From assembly GCF_963676685.1 (NCBI RefSeq), contig NC_092355.1, positions 25,792,001-25,856,000 of the forward strand: a DNA stretch of 64,000 bases. The letters are read 5' to 3'. Of the stretch, positions 1 to 13,716 are shown one piece after another. The position numbers were made by a program, and so were the translations under genes. This stretch comes from Mytilus edulis. Lineage: Eukaryota. Under the pieces are notes generated by a model. That model had not been told where the DNA came from and made no database searches. It saw nothing but the letters and a program-made list of their open reading frames with translations. Each line of letters opens with the position of its first letter. Positions within the stretch are counted from its first letter, which is position 1.

Positions 1-868
1 AAAACTATGCATGCAAACTTCAATTAATAAAACCGTATTAAACTATGTTTCACTGGCCCGATCAAAACGTGTTAGGTGAGATATATTCGCAAGTTCAATG
101 TATTATATGAAAACAAACTCTTTAATTTAGTCGTCCGTTATTCCCTTTTCATGTCTAAATGAAGCAAAAACACCTGAAAAAAACCTTTTATGTTTCTTAG
201 TTTTATCTTTGCCTGTCAAAAAATCATATGTTATAAATCGTATTAAAACAGTAGATTAGAACCATAGTAAAAAACATATTTAAAACTTTTTAGTAAGCAG
301 TCAGTTATGTAATATATTGAAGAGGAAAAACAACCCAAAAAACCCATACAAATTTAAATGGAAATTGTACATTATAGCATTTTACAAGATCTTGTCTTTG
401 TGTGCTAAGTACTAGTACAGGGGAATTAATTAAGTTGATTGGTTGGTGTTTACCTTACGTCCAGTAGCAAATAGTTCATGGATGTTCATGACTATAGCAC
501 ATAAATTTTAAATACAATAGGTAGGTCGTGTAATAGGAGGTCGAGAGTGAGGTTGGACGTGAAACTTTTAAACACCACTGGAAAATGAGGGTATATTGAA
601 TACGGACAGAAAAGACTTGCAACAGCTGGTCACATTCGGACCAATCAAATAATAGATGCAAGACTTTTTAATTTGCCGAGAGCGTTGATCCATAAAATCT
701 ACCCTGAAGTCGATCATCGATGTTTACGTGTAGTTTACAATATCATTTCACGTATCCAATTTAGGTTAGATACTTTTAGCTCGCTTTAGTAACTGTGATA
801 ATTCTGTGAAACTGTATTGTGTATTGTACTTTAGTTTTTGGTATGATATTCTGTACTACCGATCACTG

Positions 869-1236
869 CCGCTCTCCTGGTTGGTCTCGTAGGGGTGTTC
901 GCCTCGAGACCTGGAGGTCATTTGTTTGAATCCCGAACGGGTCAAACAAATACGTTTATTAAATTGGTATTCTACTTCAACGCTAAACACGTGGCATCAT
1001 AGAGTAAGAGCACAGACTGGCCGGCTCAGAGTCGGAAAGGTATCTGGGTCGGGTGACTTTTCTTCCTGAGAACCAAAGTGAATATCTTGTGAACTTACAC
1101 TTGTGAACTTACACGATAAAAAAAAACGACTCAGCGGGTCAGTCTATTAAAAAACGGGGTTAATACTCTTATTATATTTACATGTTATCGTCCTGAATAT
1201 TAATTTTATTTGCCGCTGGTCGTCATCCATTATCAT
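869..1236 (+). mobile_element. Old tRNA-derived SINE (probably MetaSINE type)
   Basis: Degenerate A/B boxes (GTTTGAATCCC), then GGTCAAAC..AAATTGGTATT...CGCTAAACACGTGGCAT..AGAGTAAGAGCACAGACTGG, resembling the conserved central domain of bivalve SINEs. Confidence 0.6.
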
Positions 1237-1544
1237 GATTTATTTTTACGTTATATTGTACAGTGAAGTGTTTTTCTTTTACTGGTTTATATTACAGCTT
1301 CTTAAATTTTCACCGATAAAAATTAAAATAGGGCAGGTGAAATTTTTCAACCAAACACTTATGCTTTTGGGAATATCTTTGACGGTAAATAATATTAAAT
1401 CAAATGTGCCTTTTCGGATACATAATATTTGACGGTAAATATTATTGAATTTCTAAACTCCGTATAACTACTATTTAGTCATGGGTCGGTTTTGAGCTAA
1501 TTATTCTGTATTTATACGCATCTTTCTACATAAAAAGACTGAAT

Positions 1545-1758
1545 ATAAAAAAGAAGATGTGGTATGATTGCCAATGAGACAACTTTCCACAAGAGACCAA
1601 ACTTCCACAGAAATTAACAACTATAGGTCACCGTACGGCCTTCAACAATGAGCAAAGCCCATACCGCATAGTCAGCTATAAAAGGCTCCGAAATGACAAT
1701 GTAAAACAATTCAAACGAGAAAACGTACGCCTTATTTATATATATAAAAAAATGAACG
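1545..1758 (+). repeat. Interspersed repeat family A
   Basis: AAGAAGATGTGGTATGATTGCCAATGAGACAAC...GGCCTTCAACAATGAGCAAAGCCCATACCGC. Near-identical inverted copy at 47660-47853; fragments near 9200, 11722, 53590 and 55930-56060. Confidence 0.85.
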
Positions 1759-4700
1759 ATGACTCTAAATATTTTGATTTATCTGTGTCTTTGGGTTACT
1801 GTCGCATTAATGTATACCTTTATCTCTTTTTATTCAAAACCGAATGATTCACTTGGGTATAGAAATATTGACATCTCTGGACCTCTCCCGTCCCTCAGTA
1901 TACACTTGCTAAATGGGTGCGTTCGTTTGGCTTATCGGATATATAAATACGAAGCTTTGTCCGATCCAAATATAATAGGAATGTATATCCGATGCCTGGT
2001 GTAGTGAGAATTTTACGCCATCTATAACTTAAAAAAAAACATTAGAGGGAAAGATGATCTACGCACGAGTTGAATGATTTAAATGTGTAAACAACAAGAA
2101 AGGTCAGCTAAATCTTTTCAAATAAGTCGCATGGTTGATTTTAACAACATTTTTGTGACTTTTGCTAGGACAGTAGTAGATGAAAAATATAACAAAACCG
2201 ATCAGCAAGACACTATCAAAAAATTAAACGCCCAAAATAAGTTGAATCCTTTTATCAATTGTTGTCAACATTTTTTTATCAATTTTTTTGATGTTATTAC
2301 AACTATTATATACCATTCTGAGATATAAATAAACTTGAGACAACAAATGTTGTCACCTAGACGAGACAGCCGTCATTGTACGCTTCAATATATGATTTAT
2401 TGCCACTCAATGAAGATTGTTTTTTTCAGTTCTAATCCCCTCTCCTATTAGTTTTGCTGGAAAGGATACAATGTAACCCCTGATGTGTACTACGACAATG
2501 TTTTAATGTTTAATAAACAGATTAAATGCAGAGAGAAAAATGAGTGAAGAAATGCTAAGGTTTACGCTTAAAAATTTTAAATGTAAATAAAAATGAAATA
2601 TATAAAAAATGGAAAACTGACTGAGACAAATATCAACTGAAGACATCACTAAATGAAGCTGATTAATTTAATTTTAACAAGGCAGAGCGTTTGCTAGAGG
2701 TAAAACGTATGCCGTAATAGAATATATTAGAACCATGATGATCGAAATTCGTAAGTTAAGCTATTAGCCATCTTTCTCTCTTTTTCTCCACGATACACGA
2801 ATGCCATAAACAAAATGTCATGAATTTTAAATCAATAACGGCCACTAAAAGTAAATGAGATATGGACTTTTTTTATAAATAAATTCCTATTGCAGCCAAC
2901 ATCTCCCGGTTCGGGACAGGTCATTATTTTCACAAAATACCGTTTGATTATCGATCGGAGATATTTAAGCAACCAAAAGCACTTTGAATCAAAAAAATTC
3001 TTAAATTGTAAATTATGGTATTTTGCTTGGTGTTTTTTCCCGATCCTATTTCGGACCCCCTGATTTTAAGAGGGTTATCTAATAAGTCATGCCTGATTAA
3101 CTTTATGTAAATTGAACCTCAACTTGAAGACACTGGGAAAATACGTTCGAGGTACAATAAGTAGACAAAAGAAATCCTTTGTGAAATGAGATCGTCCCAG
3201 GTATCTTAGATAATTATTTTGCCTTGAATAACAATGAAAAATGCACGAGCAGGTTTGTTAGAACTTGTAAACGGTCGATATCCCTACCCCTAAAACATAT
3301 AAATTCATGCATTGGACAATATAACGAATCAAATAAAATATAGGGGCCATCATTTGGGTCACCCCACCCCTCCTGTTTGAGAACTTGCAAACGGTCGAGG
3401 TCCCTGCCCTAAACCACATATAGTATATGGGACAATATCGCTTTATCATGTTTATCTACACCAAAAAAATAGAAATATCAATGAAAATGTTATCAGAAAT
3501 ATTCATTGAAACTTATAGTACTACTTTCATTTACATATAGGTGTTCTTTTGTATATCTACTTTTTCGTGTAGATATATTTTGCCTTTTTATTTGCAAAAG
3601 ACATTCTAAATTTGCTGATGTAATTAAAAAACCGATCATTAAGTGACAAAGTATTAACAGCAGAGAAAAGATGTTACACGTTCGAAAAATATTTGCGTAG
3701 TCAGCTAATTAAACAACATATGCCACTAATCGTTGTTGCACACCTTGCAGAATATTTCATCAATTTCTTTAATTCAACTTGATATATCAGTAGGCAATTC
3801 ATTTTATAAGTAATCTTTCTATCTACAGGTCTTCTATTACACCTCGTGGTAAGTTTTGAAATATTTTCTTAGATACGAAGTTTTTGTGAATACAACAGTA
3901 TTTTCGAACATCGAAACAATGGTGACATTGCTTCGCAAAACTATCATTTTAAAGTCAACGTAGCGTAGTAAAGAAGACGCAACCGCTGTTTCGGAGATTG
4001 CAGTATTTTATCAAATAATGTTTAGCTCATGTTCTTTGCCGAGGGCTTTTGAAAATCACAACAAAGCTTTAATGCAATATTTCTTTTCTGTTATATATGC
4101 ATTATTAAAATAGAAAGAAGTCTACTGTTATGTTTTTTGAAAATCAGTCTCAATTTGCTGAAAATCCCGGGATCCCTTTATGTACTTGTATTGCGCAGGA
4201 AGAGATCACTGAAGTTTATGAAAGTAGTTTCGGAAACATGGTTTATCGAAGTGTAAACCAAGGGGAAAATGCAATTTACGTATTTAAAGATATGCAAATC
4301 ATATAAGAATTATTGATTTATAATATCGTCATATAATTTCCATTAACAAATTTAAATATGGTCAGTTTGAATGGATGAAGTCCTATATTCGATTATAAAC
4401 AAACCATCATGAAATAAGAAAGTATTTTTCGCGATAGTGCAGTACATCGAAAATAGAAAGAAACACTGATTCTCTTACTTCTAAGTTGAAATTTGTTTTC
4501 GGATTTGTGATACCGCTATTTCCCTGTCATACTCATGTGTAAATATTGTCAGCTTTGGTTTATGTGTTTTTTTATACAAACTGTGAAATCTACTAATAAT
4601 TTATTTCTGTGAAGTGTTCCGAGTAAAAAAAGGTAAAATTGCTTGTACAATTAATTGATACATTCAATGTTCTTGATTTTTTTACACAGATAGGGCTGTA

Positions 4701-6299
4701 ATTTGTATTAAAAATGTATTCTTAGTTAACAAGTTTGCTTATTTCTATTTCATATAAATATTTCCCCTATCTATCTCAAATGTATTTGCAATTGGATTAG
4801 GGACTTTCAGTTTCGAATTTTCCTGGGCATTCGGTATTTCTTATATTTCACTTCTTTTATATTTAACACGAGCATCTTTTGAAACATGAAGATGACCCAC
4901 AATGTTTACCTGCAAGTATACTATTAAACATTAATTAATTAATTGTATTGTCTCTGCTGATATTCGCAGGAAGTATTTCAATGTCAATCATGTCAATAAT
5001 ATGTATGATTTATTAAATAGTGTTCCAATTACAAATATTTTTCATTCTTAAAAGAAGTTGGAATAATTAATAAGATATAAAAATGTCATGTTATATTTAA
5101 AACTATTTTAATTTTTATCACGTTATCTTTATTTGACTTAGTCAAGAATCTTAGTTTATTGAAAGACCTGTTTTCTGATTTTTAAAATATACTTTAATTT
5201 GTAAAAATATTCGAATAAGCTCTCTGCCGCGATATAACCTTTTTTGTGCTAATGTGGCGGAAAGCAAACAACAATTAATCAATCAATCAATAGTCTGTAT
5301 TTACCCCTGTAGGATAACTTAAAAATTGACAACATGTACAAAAATGATCAGCTTTCAATGCTGAGGTCAATTTTTCTTATCTTAAAGAGTAACTATTGCA
5401 TGGCACTCTAAAATAATATTGCTGTCTATTGTCTCATATGAGCAATCTCGATTTTGAAAAAAAAGCATTATCAGAACTGATTTACGTACAAGGAAATTGT
5501 TTGAAATGTACTGTATTAATGGCAGGCAACACGCCTGAAACAGGGGGGACCAAAAAAAATAAACAAGACTTAAAAACAATTTTTGTCCAGACTTTGCAGA
5601 TGACGATCAAAATTAGGCAGTTTAAAAAGCTACCTGATGCTAGCATCCTATATCTGATGATAATTTATAAAGTCCGATTAAACAAAATATTGTTAATCAC
5701 GATAATATTTAAGTTTAAGAAGAATGTGATTATTTAATTGATTTCAATTTCAATTAAATGTATGCACATTTAAATTCCTTTCTATTATCAGATTATTTCG
5801 TTTATCTCATGAACAAAACGTTGACCAATCATGTCGATGTTTTAAGAAATGCGGAACAACTCGTCCCAGAGACAAGTCGGACCGTCTAAGATGACAACTC
5901 GGACCGCTTGTTAGATTTACGTAGGATTTCATAGAATGTACGACTAACTAGAGGATCCATCAATCTTTCGTTTGTGCATTCGGGACTATTTAAGGGGTAT
6001 TTTTAGGGGCCTTAAGTTGGCAGGGGTTGACTGTAGAACCCTATGGATTTTATTTATTTTTAAATGACTACTACTCGAAAACAGTAAGTGATAGACACAC
6101 GTATATAGTAGTCTTCAGTAATGAGATGAGGACAATAAAACAAATAAAAAATGTAGGGTGAGTCAACTGGGGTTATATCTTACCCCTTCAATTTGAAAAT
6201 TTGCTTTTATCGCAATCCCCACCCTGAACCGTATATATTCTTGTATAGAACAAACAAAGAAATAACATAAACTATAGGTTTAAATATAAACTATAGGAA

Positions 6300-6810
6300 A
6301 AAATATAAACTGAGGTCACCAAACCCTTCCTGTTTGAGGACTTGAAAACATCGAAATCCCCGACCCTAAACTATATACATTTATGTATGGGACAATTTAA
6401 CAAATCAAATGAAATGATGGGGTAATTATTTAGGTCACCCCCGCCTGTTTGAGAACTTGGAAACGGTCGATATCCCCACCCTTAACCACATATATTTATG
6501 AATGGGACAATAAAACATTGGGTCTCCAACCCACTCTTGTTTTAGAACTTGTAAACGGTCGATATGACCACCCCTAAACCATATATATATTCATGTACAG
6601 GTCCTAGACAATATAACAAAACAAATGAAATATAGGGGACGTCATTTGGGTCACCCCACCCCTCTTGTTTGAGAACTTGCAAACGATCGAGATCCCCGCC
6701 CTAAACCACATATATTCATAAATAGGACAAAATAAAATGGGGTTACCGAACCCGCTCTGGTTTTAGAACTTGTAAATGGTTGAGATACCCACTCCTAAAC
6801 CATATTTATT
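6300..6810. repeat. Degenerate tandem repeat (AGAACTTGTAAACGGTCGATATCCCCACCCCTAAACCA core)
   Basis: Five units of about 90-125 bp; two further units at 3250-3440. Confidence 0.8.
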
Positions 6811-7611
6811 TCTGTTCGTCATTTTAAAAAGATTTGAATGACATACAGGGTCAATCTCGTCGGCGTCACATACAAATGTTTGCATATCACTTGGTCATGT
6901 GTATCTACACTGAACCATTAAGTACTAGACTTAACCCAAAGTCAGGCGACCATAGGAATGACGAATTATGGCAGCTTTGTTTGGGAGACCTCGTTACAGC
7001 ATTCTGTTACAGTTATTTCTTGTTTATCATAAAATTTAATTGATGAAAAAAATGAATCTAGGTTGATTGAATTCACTTTAATTATCTTTTGAATATTTCT
7101 GGGCCTATAAAAAAATTCATTTGTTGCTCATTTTAAAGAAAACATATAAATTTTTCAAGCAGTGTAAAGCCCAAAAATGTTTGACCAACTGTTGTATAAT
7201 CACCTGTCATTTTATACCAAACTTGGTATGGAGTGACATCATGGACTTAGGGTGAAGGTTGGGGTCATTTACATTTACTATGGGGAGGTCAGTCAGACCT
7301 CACCCCTGATCCCCGTAGAAGTTAACATTTTTATGATATGTGTCTCATTACTTTCGTACTGAAGGACCGATGAATAATGTTCCTCCCTGGATAGCAAGTC
7401 CATTCATACTATTACAAACTCGTACTAGGTTAACGTATTCCACTAAACGTGGACTGGTACCAACGTTAACTACCAACTTGAATAACTGCAATAATTGCGA
7501 ACTTGTACCGCTGCAGATTCACCATTACAAATATTATTAGTTACATAGTGTGCTAGTGACCTAATACGATATATATGGGGTCAGTAAATTCCATATGGAG
7601 TGAGAGCGAAG

Positions 7612-7880
7612 CTGAATCCCAGGTCATTTTGTTTTTTGTTGTATTGCTGTCAAATTTAAGAACTAAATTAATCTAGCTAGGTCTAAAAAGCTAGGATTTG
7701 CAGTTTAGACAAAATAGAAATAGTTTGATGAAAATCCAAGTTGGTTTGAAAAAGTTATTAAAAAAATTAAAGTGTACTATCTCTATTTTGTCCGAATTGC
7801 AAATCCTTTTTTTACCAAGATTAATTTAATACTTAAATTTGACAGCCATACAACAAAAAACAAAATGACCTGGTATTCAG
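7612..7880. mobile_element. Small foldback/MITE
   Basis: CCAGGTCATTTTGTTTTTTGTTGTATTGCTGTCAAATTTAAG... is inverted at about 7780-7880; the central spacer recurs at 7912-7962. Confidence 0.75.
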
Positions 7881-8139
7881 TAAGATTAATATATATCTAA
7901 GATAGCTACATGGTTTGATGAAAATCCAGGTTGATTTGAAAAAGTTATAAAAAAATTTAAAGATGCCTATCTGAATTTGTATAATAATTTTCATTTTTTC
8001 CTATTGTAAAATTAAATTCTTTCATTTCTCAGCAATAAATCAAACTACCAAAAAAGCCTGAATTTTGTAAGATCAATATTTAATTTAGTTAGATGTTAGT
8101 TTACGTTAGTTTACACCAGTCAAAACTAAATTTGAAGGT

Positions 8140-8360
8140 CAAGACTAGTCTAGACAGGTTGAGACTGGTTGAGACTAGTAGAGACAGGTCGAGCCTTGGT
8201 CAAGGCCATTTAGACTACACCAAGATCATCAAGTACTGAATCAGACTTATTAAGTAAAGTCGAGACCTAGTTGAGTACACTTAAGTACAGTTAAGAATAG
8301 TCGAGACAAAGTCGAGACTAGTCGAGTAAAATGTGTACTCGATATTACTGGTCGAGCACA
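8140..8360. repeat. Short-period degenerate repeat (AGTCGAGACT-like)
   Basis: Recurring GAGACTGGTT/GTCGAGACTAG motifs. Confidence 0.6.
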
Positions 8361-11300
8361 AAAACTGGTCAATTCAGACTCTGAGCAGTTTGTAGTGATT
8401 GCAATAGTAACAAAAATTATTCTATTATTCAAAGCGCGTACCAAGCTGTACAGTGATATTTTTTTCAGAATTTTAAAAACAGACTGAAGGCGATATGACC
8501 CGTTTTGTAGTAGACATTAACACTAGTAGCACGATTTCAGTCTGAAACGGTCATTTTGGTCTGATCACATCTTGATTGACTGGATTTACCGCTAGAAAAA
8601 ATAGTCAAGATATTTAAGATCGTTAAGTCGCCGTTCAGATCGATAGCCTCATCAGGTAAATCAGTTCGTTAAGGCATGTCAAGACGGAAAAGACTGAATC
8701 GTCTAGCGGGTTGTTTAGACCCGTTAAGACCGCGTCAGACCAAAACAGACCATGGATACAAAAGAACGTTTAAAATTTTCAGACCCTGTTTAGATCCGTT
8801 CAGTATACCGGTTTGATACCACGAGTTGCGCCCCTTCTACTCGATAATGCATTTTAGATTAATACATGTATATATTATGTATTTTAATATTAGAATTTGA
8901 AGTATATTTTGATCAATTAAAAAAAAAAAGATTAAATCTTGTGTTGATTCTTTATTTCTTTTCTAGTTTTGTTGAGGAACTAATAAATTATTCGTCTATA
9001 TATGTTGTTTATTTTTTAATAAATGTTAGTTTATATAAATATATATTGATAATTAAATGCAAGGACGTATGTTAATTGTATACACACCAGAATGTATGCC
9101 ATAAATTTAACCTTGAAATGTTGTGAACACCGGTGAAAATGTTTTTTGTATTTGAAGATTAGTAACGGAAAATCCTAAACGTAACCTAAAAAAGTTAAGG
9201 AGATGTTGTATGATTGCCAATGAGACAATCCACAGAAATGCAACAGAGGTAAATTAACACAGTCATGCATATTTTTGTTTTATGCAAGACAGTTTCTTTA
9301 ATTCGTTTTCTGTTGATATATGTCCTAGTTTACCCTTGAAGCTGTTGCTTTTTTTGTATGTTTATTTTTTTCGTGCGAGTTACTCTATTAAAGTTGGAAC
9401 AAAAATTTCCCGACATCCGGAAATTCGAAAAAAGACTTCCCGGATCCCGAAACCTGATCATATACTGCATTCAGTCTCTGTCGAGACGATGTTAAAGTAT
9501 CACCGTATAAAAATGTTCATTCAAACAATATATCCTTATAATATTTATTTTCTTATCCATATTATATGTATATAGTACTTTGTCTATACTTTGTATATAA
9601 GTATATGGCGTTAATTTAAAATAAAATCTGTTTAGTTAAAATGGTCGAGTTCAATGGCACGTGCTAGTAATCAAACGGGTCAACAGGTAACAAAATCAAT
9701 GATCCATAACGTAAGAAAGTACATGCCTATTATATTTTACAATTACTCTCATCATCATTCTTGATGAAAAAGTCTAAACGTTAATAAAGAATGAATGAAT
9801 TTGTGTATACACGTATTAGTGATGTCTGACCTTCAGTTTTTAATATAAATTAATGCTTATGTTTTTTTTATATTGAGCAAAATAACGAATGTGAATCTAA
9901 TATACGTTAAAGGTTCTTATAATATCATATATGTCTAAACACTATACCAAAAGACCATGCAAAATATTTGAGTGCCGCATGGAAAACACTTAAAAAAAAA
10001 CATGTACTGTTAGGAAGTTTGTTTAGTATTCAAAAGAAACGTTTCGCTTCTCTACTTATATAGTTTAGAGAGTATTCCTTTAAATTGTGTCAGTTATATA
10101 AAGTAGTGTGTATTTGTATTCTATTTATTTATCTAAATGTATTATTATAATATACATTTTGTATTTCACAACTATATATACTATAAGTTGTAGTGTGATT
10201 GATTGTTGTTTAAAGTCCAGTGGCAAATACTTCATGCATGTTCAGGACCAGCTGTAAGTTTATGACATGTATGGAACTCACCGGTGTAGTTTTCACGTGT
10301 TATAATAGATAAAAGAATAATCAATTTTTAAGATATCGAAACATAAAGGAGGCAAGGCGCATGGATTACCCGCACTTATCAGTTCTTTTCTCTGTTTTGT
10401 CTTAAAAAAATAATGTTTTTTTTTTCGATTTGTTTTATATGTTTATATAATTTACGATAACTGTGGTGTATACGTGCTGTCAGACGAAAAATACATATGC
10501 GCCCTCTAAATATCTTTTTTACAATGGATTGTTTGCTTTCGTATTGACGTTTAACACACAACTTTAATTACTGACTGTGATGTATGTTGAAATTCAAACG
10601 TACTGGAGAATGAAGGATGCAAATCCAAGCTTTGAATTAAAATGTTCATTAAAATTGCCACACAAATAAAAGAACAAGTGTAAGTGTTGGAATGACATGT
10701 ACAATATATCACCATGTGCATTGTCGGAGAATTTAATTTTGATTTTACTTTGGTAACTGGACAAAATTGAAGAGAGGCAGCCCAATCTTTTCTCCTTTTT
10801 GTTACGAGTACAAATACACTGATCTTAGTTATTTCGTAAAGCATTTCCTTTAAATAATAAAATCGCGCGTGATTATCTAACAAATACTCACAGTGCAGTG
10901 TAATTCTGCTTTCGAGACAAATTATATCAAATTATAGAGCAGTCTAACGGCTCCAACTCAAAATTTGAACCCTGCTATGTTGGGGGTTGGGTCTACCATT
11001 TAGTTTGAAAGCTCCAATCATACAAGCTGTTTCACCCTTTTTATTGTGATAATTGGGAATTTGCATTAAGATCTTGGTCACGTGCCGAGTGGCACACGCT
11101 GATTAATAAGTCATTTAACTTCACAATTACTATATCTATTGATACCATAGATATGAGTTATATCCTAATAATTATATTCTCTTATATCCATGTTCTCTGG
11201 GGACATAAAACGTCGTTTTAGTGAGAGTCATTGGTGCTAAAACTTTCTTCTCAGTGCACTAAGAAATCCGTTGCGGTATATACACAACGGACTCGTTGGT

Positions 11301-11569
11301 CTTAATCACTACTTTATACCTTAGATTTTATCACCTTAATTTTCACATGTATAATACTACTTATTATTTGATGCATGACATATAAAGGAAGAAATTTGAA
11401 AGATTAAAGCCTGCATTATACATGTTATACACTAACAACTACCGAAGACTGATAAGTATGTCATCGAATCATTTGTCACTCATACACAAAATATTCACAC
11501 TGTCATTTGCTAAATATGGACAATGATATATAGAAGCGACGTAATCGGAAAGATAGATATAAGAACCTA

Positions 11570-11720
11570 GTTGGATTTAGGGGGCAGGGGACCCGGGCCT
11601 CCCTTTTTGGGAAAAAATTTGGTTGTTTATATAGGGAATCACTGAAGCGTGACTGAAACGAACACCCTCTTAGGTCAGTCCGTCGGCCCCCACTTATGAA
11701 AATTTCTGGATCCGCCACTG
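11570..11720. mobile_element. Short GC-rich MITE
   Basis: Ends in CTGGATCCGCCACTG (CAGTGGCGGATCCAG-type TIR); the left TIR is degenerate (GGATTTAGGGGG). Confidence 0.6.
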
Positions 11721-12204
11721 AAGAAGATATGCATTATGGTATGAGTGCCAATGAGTCAAAGATATTATTGTACAATAATTGGCTGATTGGCAATAAAATA
11801 GTTCCATGTTTATCAAAGGTTTTGGATGTCTTCGATTTCACCGTTCCTGGTGTAAAACAGTCCCTGACTATACCGAACGTTGACTTATATAAATATTTGC
11901 ATTAACCTTGTATCTATATCACTCTTAGATCCAGTGGACATGTATATTGTATGGTTTGTCACTTGTTTAGACTTGTTTGTATGATATACTTATTTCTAGT
12001 GACTGTATAATGAAACGAATCATGATCCTATATGATATATAAAAATTGTTGAGTTAGATTGCTGATAAATAATAAATACATTGTGTATGAAAATAATAAT
12101 ATAACATCTACACACGCTTAAAAAACACGTGTCTCATGTCTATCTCTAGATTTACCTTCCGTGACAAGGTAACACTACGACTATTGAAGTTATATTTTTA
12201 TATA

Positions 12205-12358
12205 GCGGATGTGGTCGAGTGGTCTAGAGCGCTGGACATGAGGCTAAGCGATTGGTGCTGTAGTGTATCAAAGGTGTGAGTTCGAATCCCGCTGAGGGAC
12301 GGACAAAAATTTGTCAGTAGAAAATCTAACTCTAACACTGTTTGGTGTAATTTTCAGA

Positions 12359-12360
<2 letters not shown>
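12205..12360 (+). mobile_element. tRNA-derived SINE ending in (TA)n
   Basis: A box TGGTCGAGTGG at 12212, B box GAGTTCGAATCC at 12278, no closed acceptor stem, (TA)n tail. Confidence 0.7.

Positions 12361-12420
<60 letters not shown>
12361..12420. repeat. (TA)30 microsatellite
   Basis: Direct read of the sequence. Confidence 0.98.
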
Positions 12421-12424
<4 letters not shown>

Positions 12425-12685
12425 TCTAAAGATTTACACAACGGTACTGATATAAGATGTTATAATACGAAATTGTTGTAATTAAATCGTGCTGACAAAT
12501 ATTTCGGCTCAACAAATGGCCTTCTTCAAGTGTCACAAGTTTTAACAATACTCAGTATTGTTAAAACTTGTGACACTTGAAGAAGGCCATTTGTTGAGCC
12601 GAAATATTTGTCAGCACGATTTAATTACAACATTTTCGTATTATAACATCTTATATCAGTACCGTTGTGCAAATCTTTAGACTGA
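12421..12685. repeat. 265-bp near-perfect palindrome with a hammerhead-like motif in each arm
   Basis: 132-bp arms centred on 12553, 2 mismatches seen, no indels. TGACA-CTTGAAGA-AGGC..GCC-GAAA-TATT-TGTCA at 12571-12613. Confidence 0.9.
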
Positions 12686-12754
12686 TATAATTTTTTCGTT
12701 ATCTGCATAGTATCGCCTATTCTAGACGATCCGGTACATAGTAAATTTGCTGGT

Positions 12755-12884
12755 NNNNNNNNNNNNNNNNNNNNNNNNNNNNNNNNNNNNNNNNNNNNNN
12801 NNNNNNNNNNNNNNNNNNNNNNNNNNNNNNNNNNNNNNNNNNNNNNNNNNNNNNNNNNNNNNNNNNNNNNNNNNNNNNNNNNNN
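12755..12884. other. Assembly gap (130 N)
   Basis: Run of N. Confidence 1.
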
Positions 12885-13616
12885 AATGCATTCATGTTCA
12901 CGTAATAAACGAATTTGGTAATTGTCAGTGTTTGTCGGGAATACACGTACTTGTCATAATTATCCCTACATTTGACTGTTTTCCCCAAGGGCTAATCATA
13001 ACCTATGCCATACGGCATGGAGAGATTTCTAGAATAGTTTGAAAGGGTTTAAGCTATTATTTCGTACCCAACTGTATTTAAATTTTAATTTATTTACTTA
13101 TTTACTTATTTATCAATTTTTTATTCATTTATTTATTCAAATTTTTGCTCTTTCAGTAAACTTTTATTAATATTTTTTTCATTCCAAATTATGTTAATTA
13201 CCACATGGTAAAAAAAAAAATTATTTAATGCCCAATAAGGCGCAAGCCAGGGCCGACCGTGCAAGGGCTGTATCTGTATAGCCAGTCAAGGTCGTTAAAA
13301 ACTTCAATTTGTTCAACTGTATTTGACACAAAATCAGTTGTATTGTACTCATTCTTCACTCAAAAAAATAGAAGTAGAGAACGAAGTCGACCTATGCATA
13401 AATAAAACTTATTTTCAAAGAAGATTGTTCACATGCTTGATCATTATCAAGCGTTTATTTTATCTTGAATTAAATCAAAATACCCAAATAAAGTTTTTAT
13501 GTCGTAGGGTTACGTATTTTCTCACATATTTGACAAATATATTTGAAATTTTTACTGGAAAATCGTCGTTTTTAGCGTCGTAAGAATATATATGCAGCAA
13601 TGGATGCAGACATTAT

Positions 13617-13716
13617 TTCTCGCTGCATTGAAGACCTTTTGGTGACCTTCTGTTGTTGTCTTCTCTATGGTCGGGTTGTTGTCTCTTTGACACATTCCCT
13701 ATTCCCATTCTCAATC
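13617..13716 (-). repeat. Interspersed repeat family B
   Basis: ATTGAGAATGGGAATAGGGAATGTGTCAAAGAGACAACAACCCGACC; plus-strand copies at 40606-40750 and 61434-61560. Confidence 0.75.

Noticed and set aside
12205-12300. tRNA-Leu/Ser gene
   Set aside because: A and B boxes are present but the acceptor and anticodon stems do not close, and it runs into a body plus (TA)n tail, which fits a SINE.
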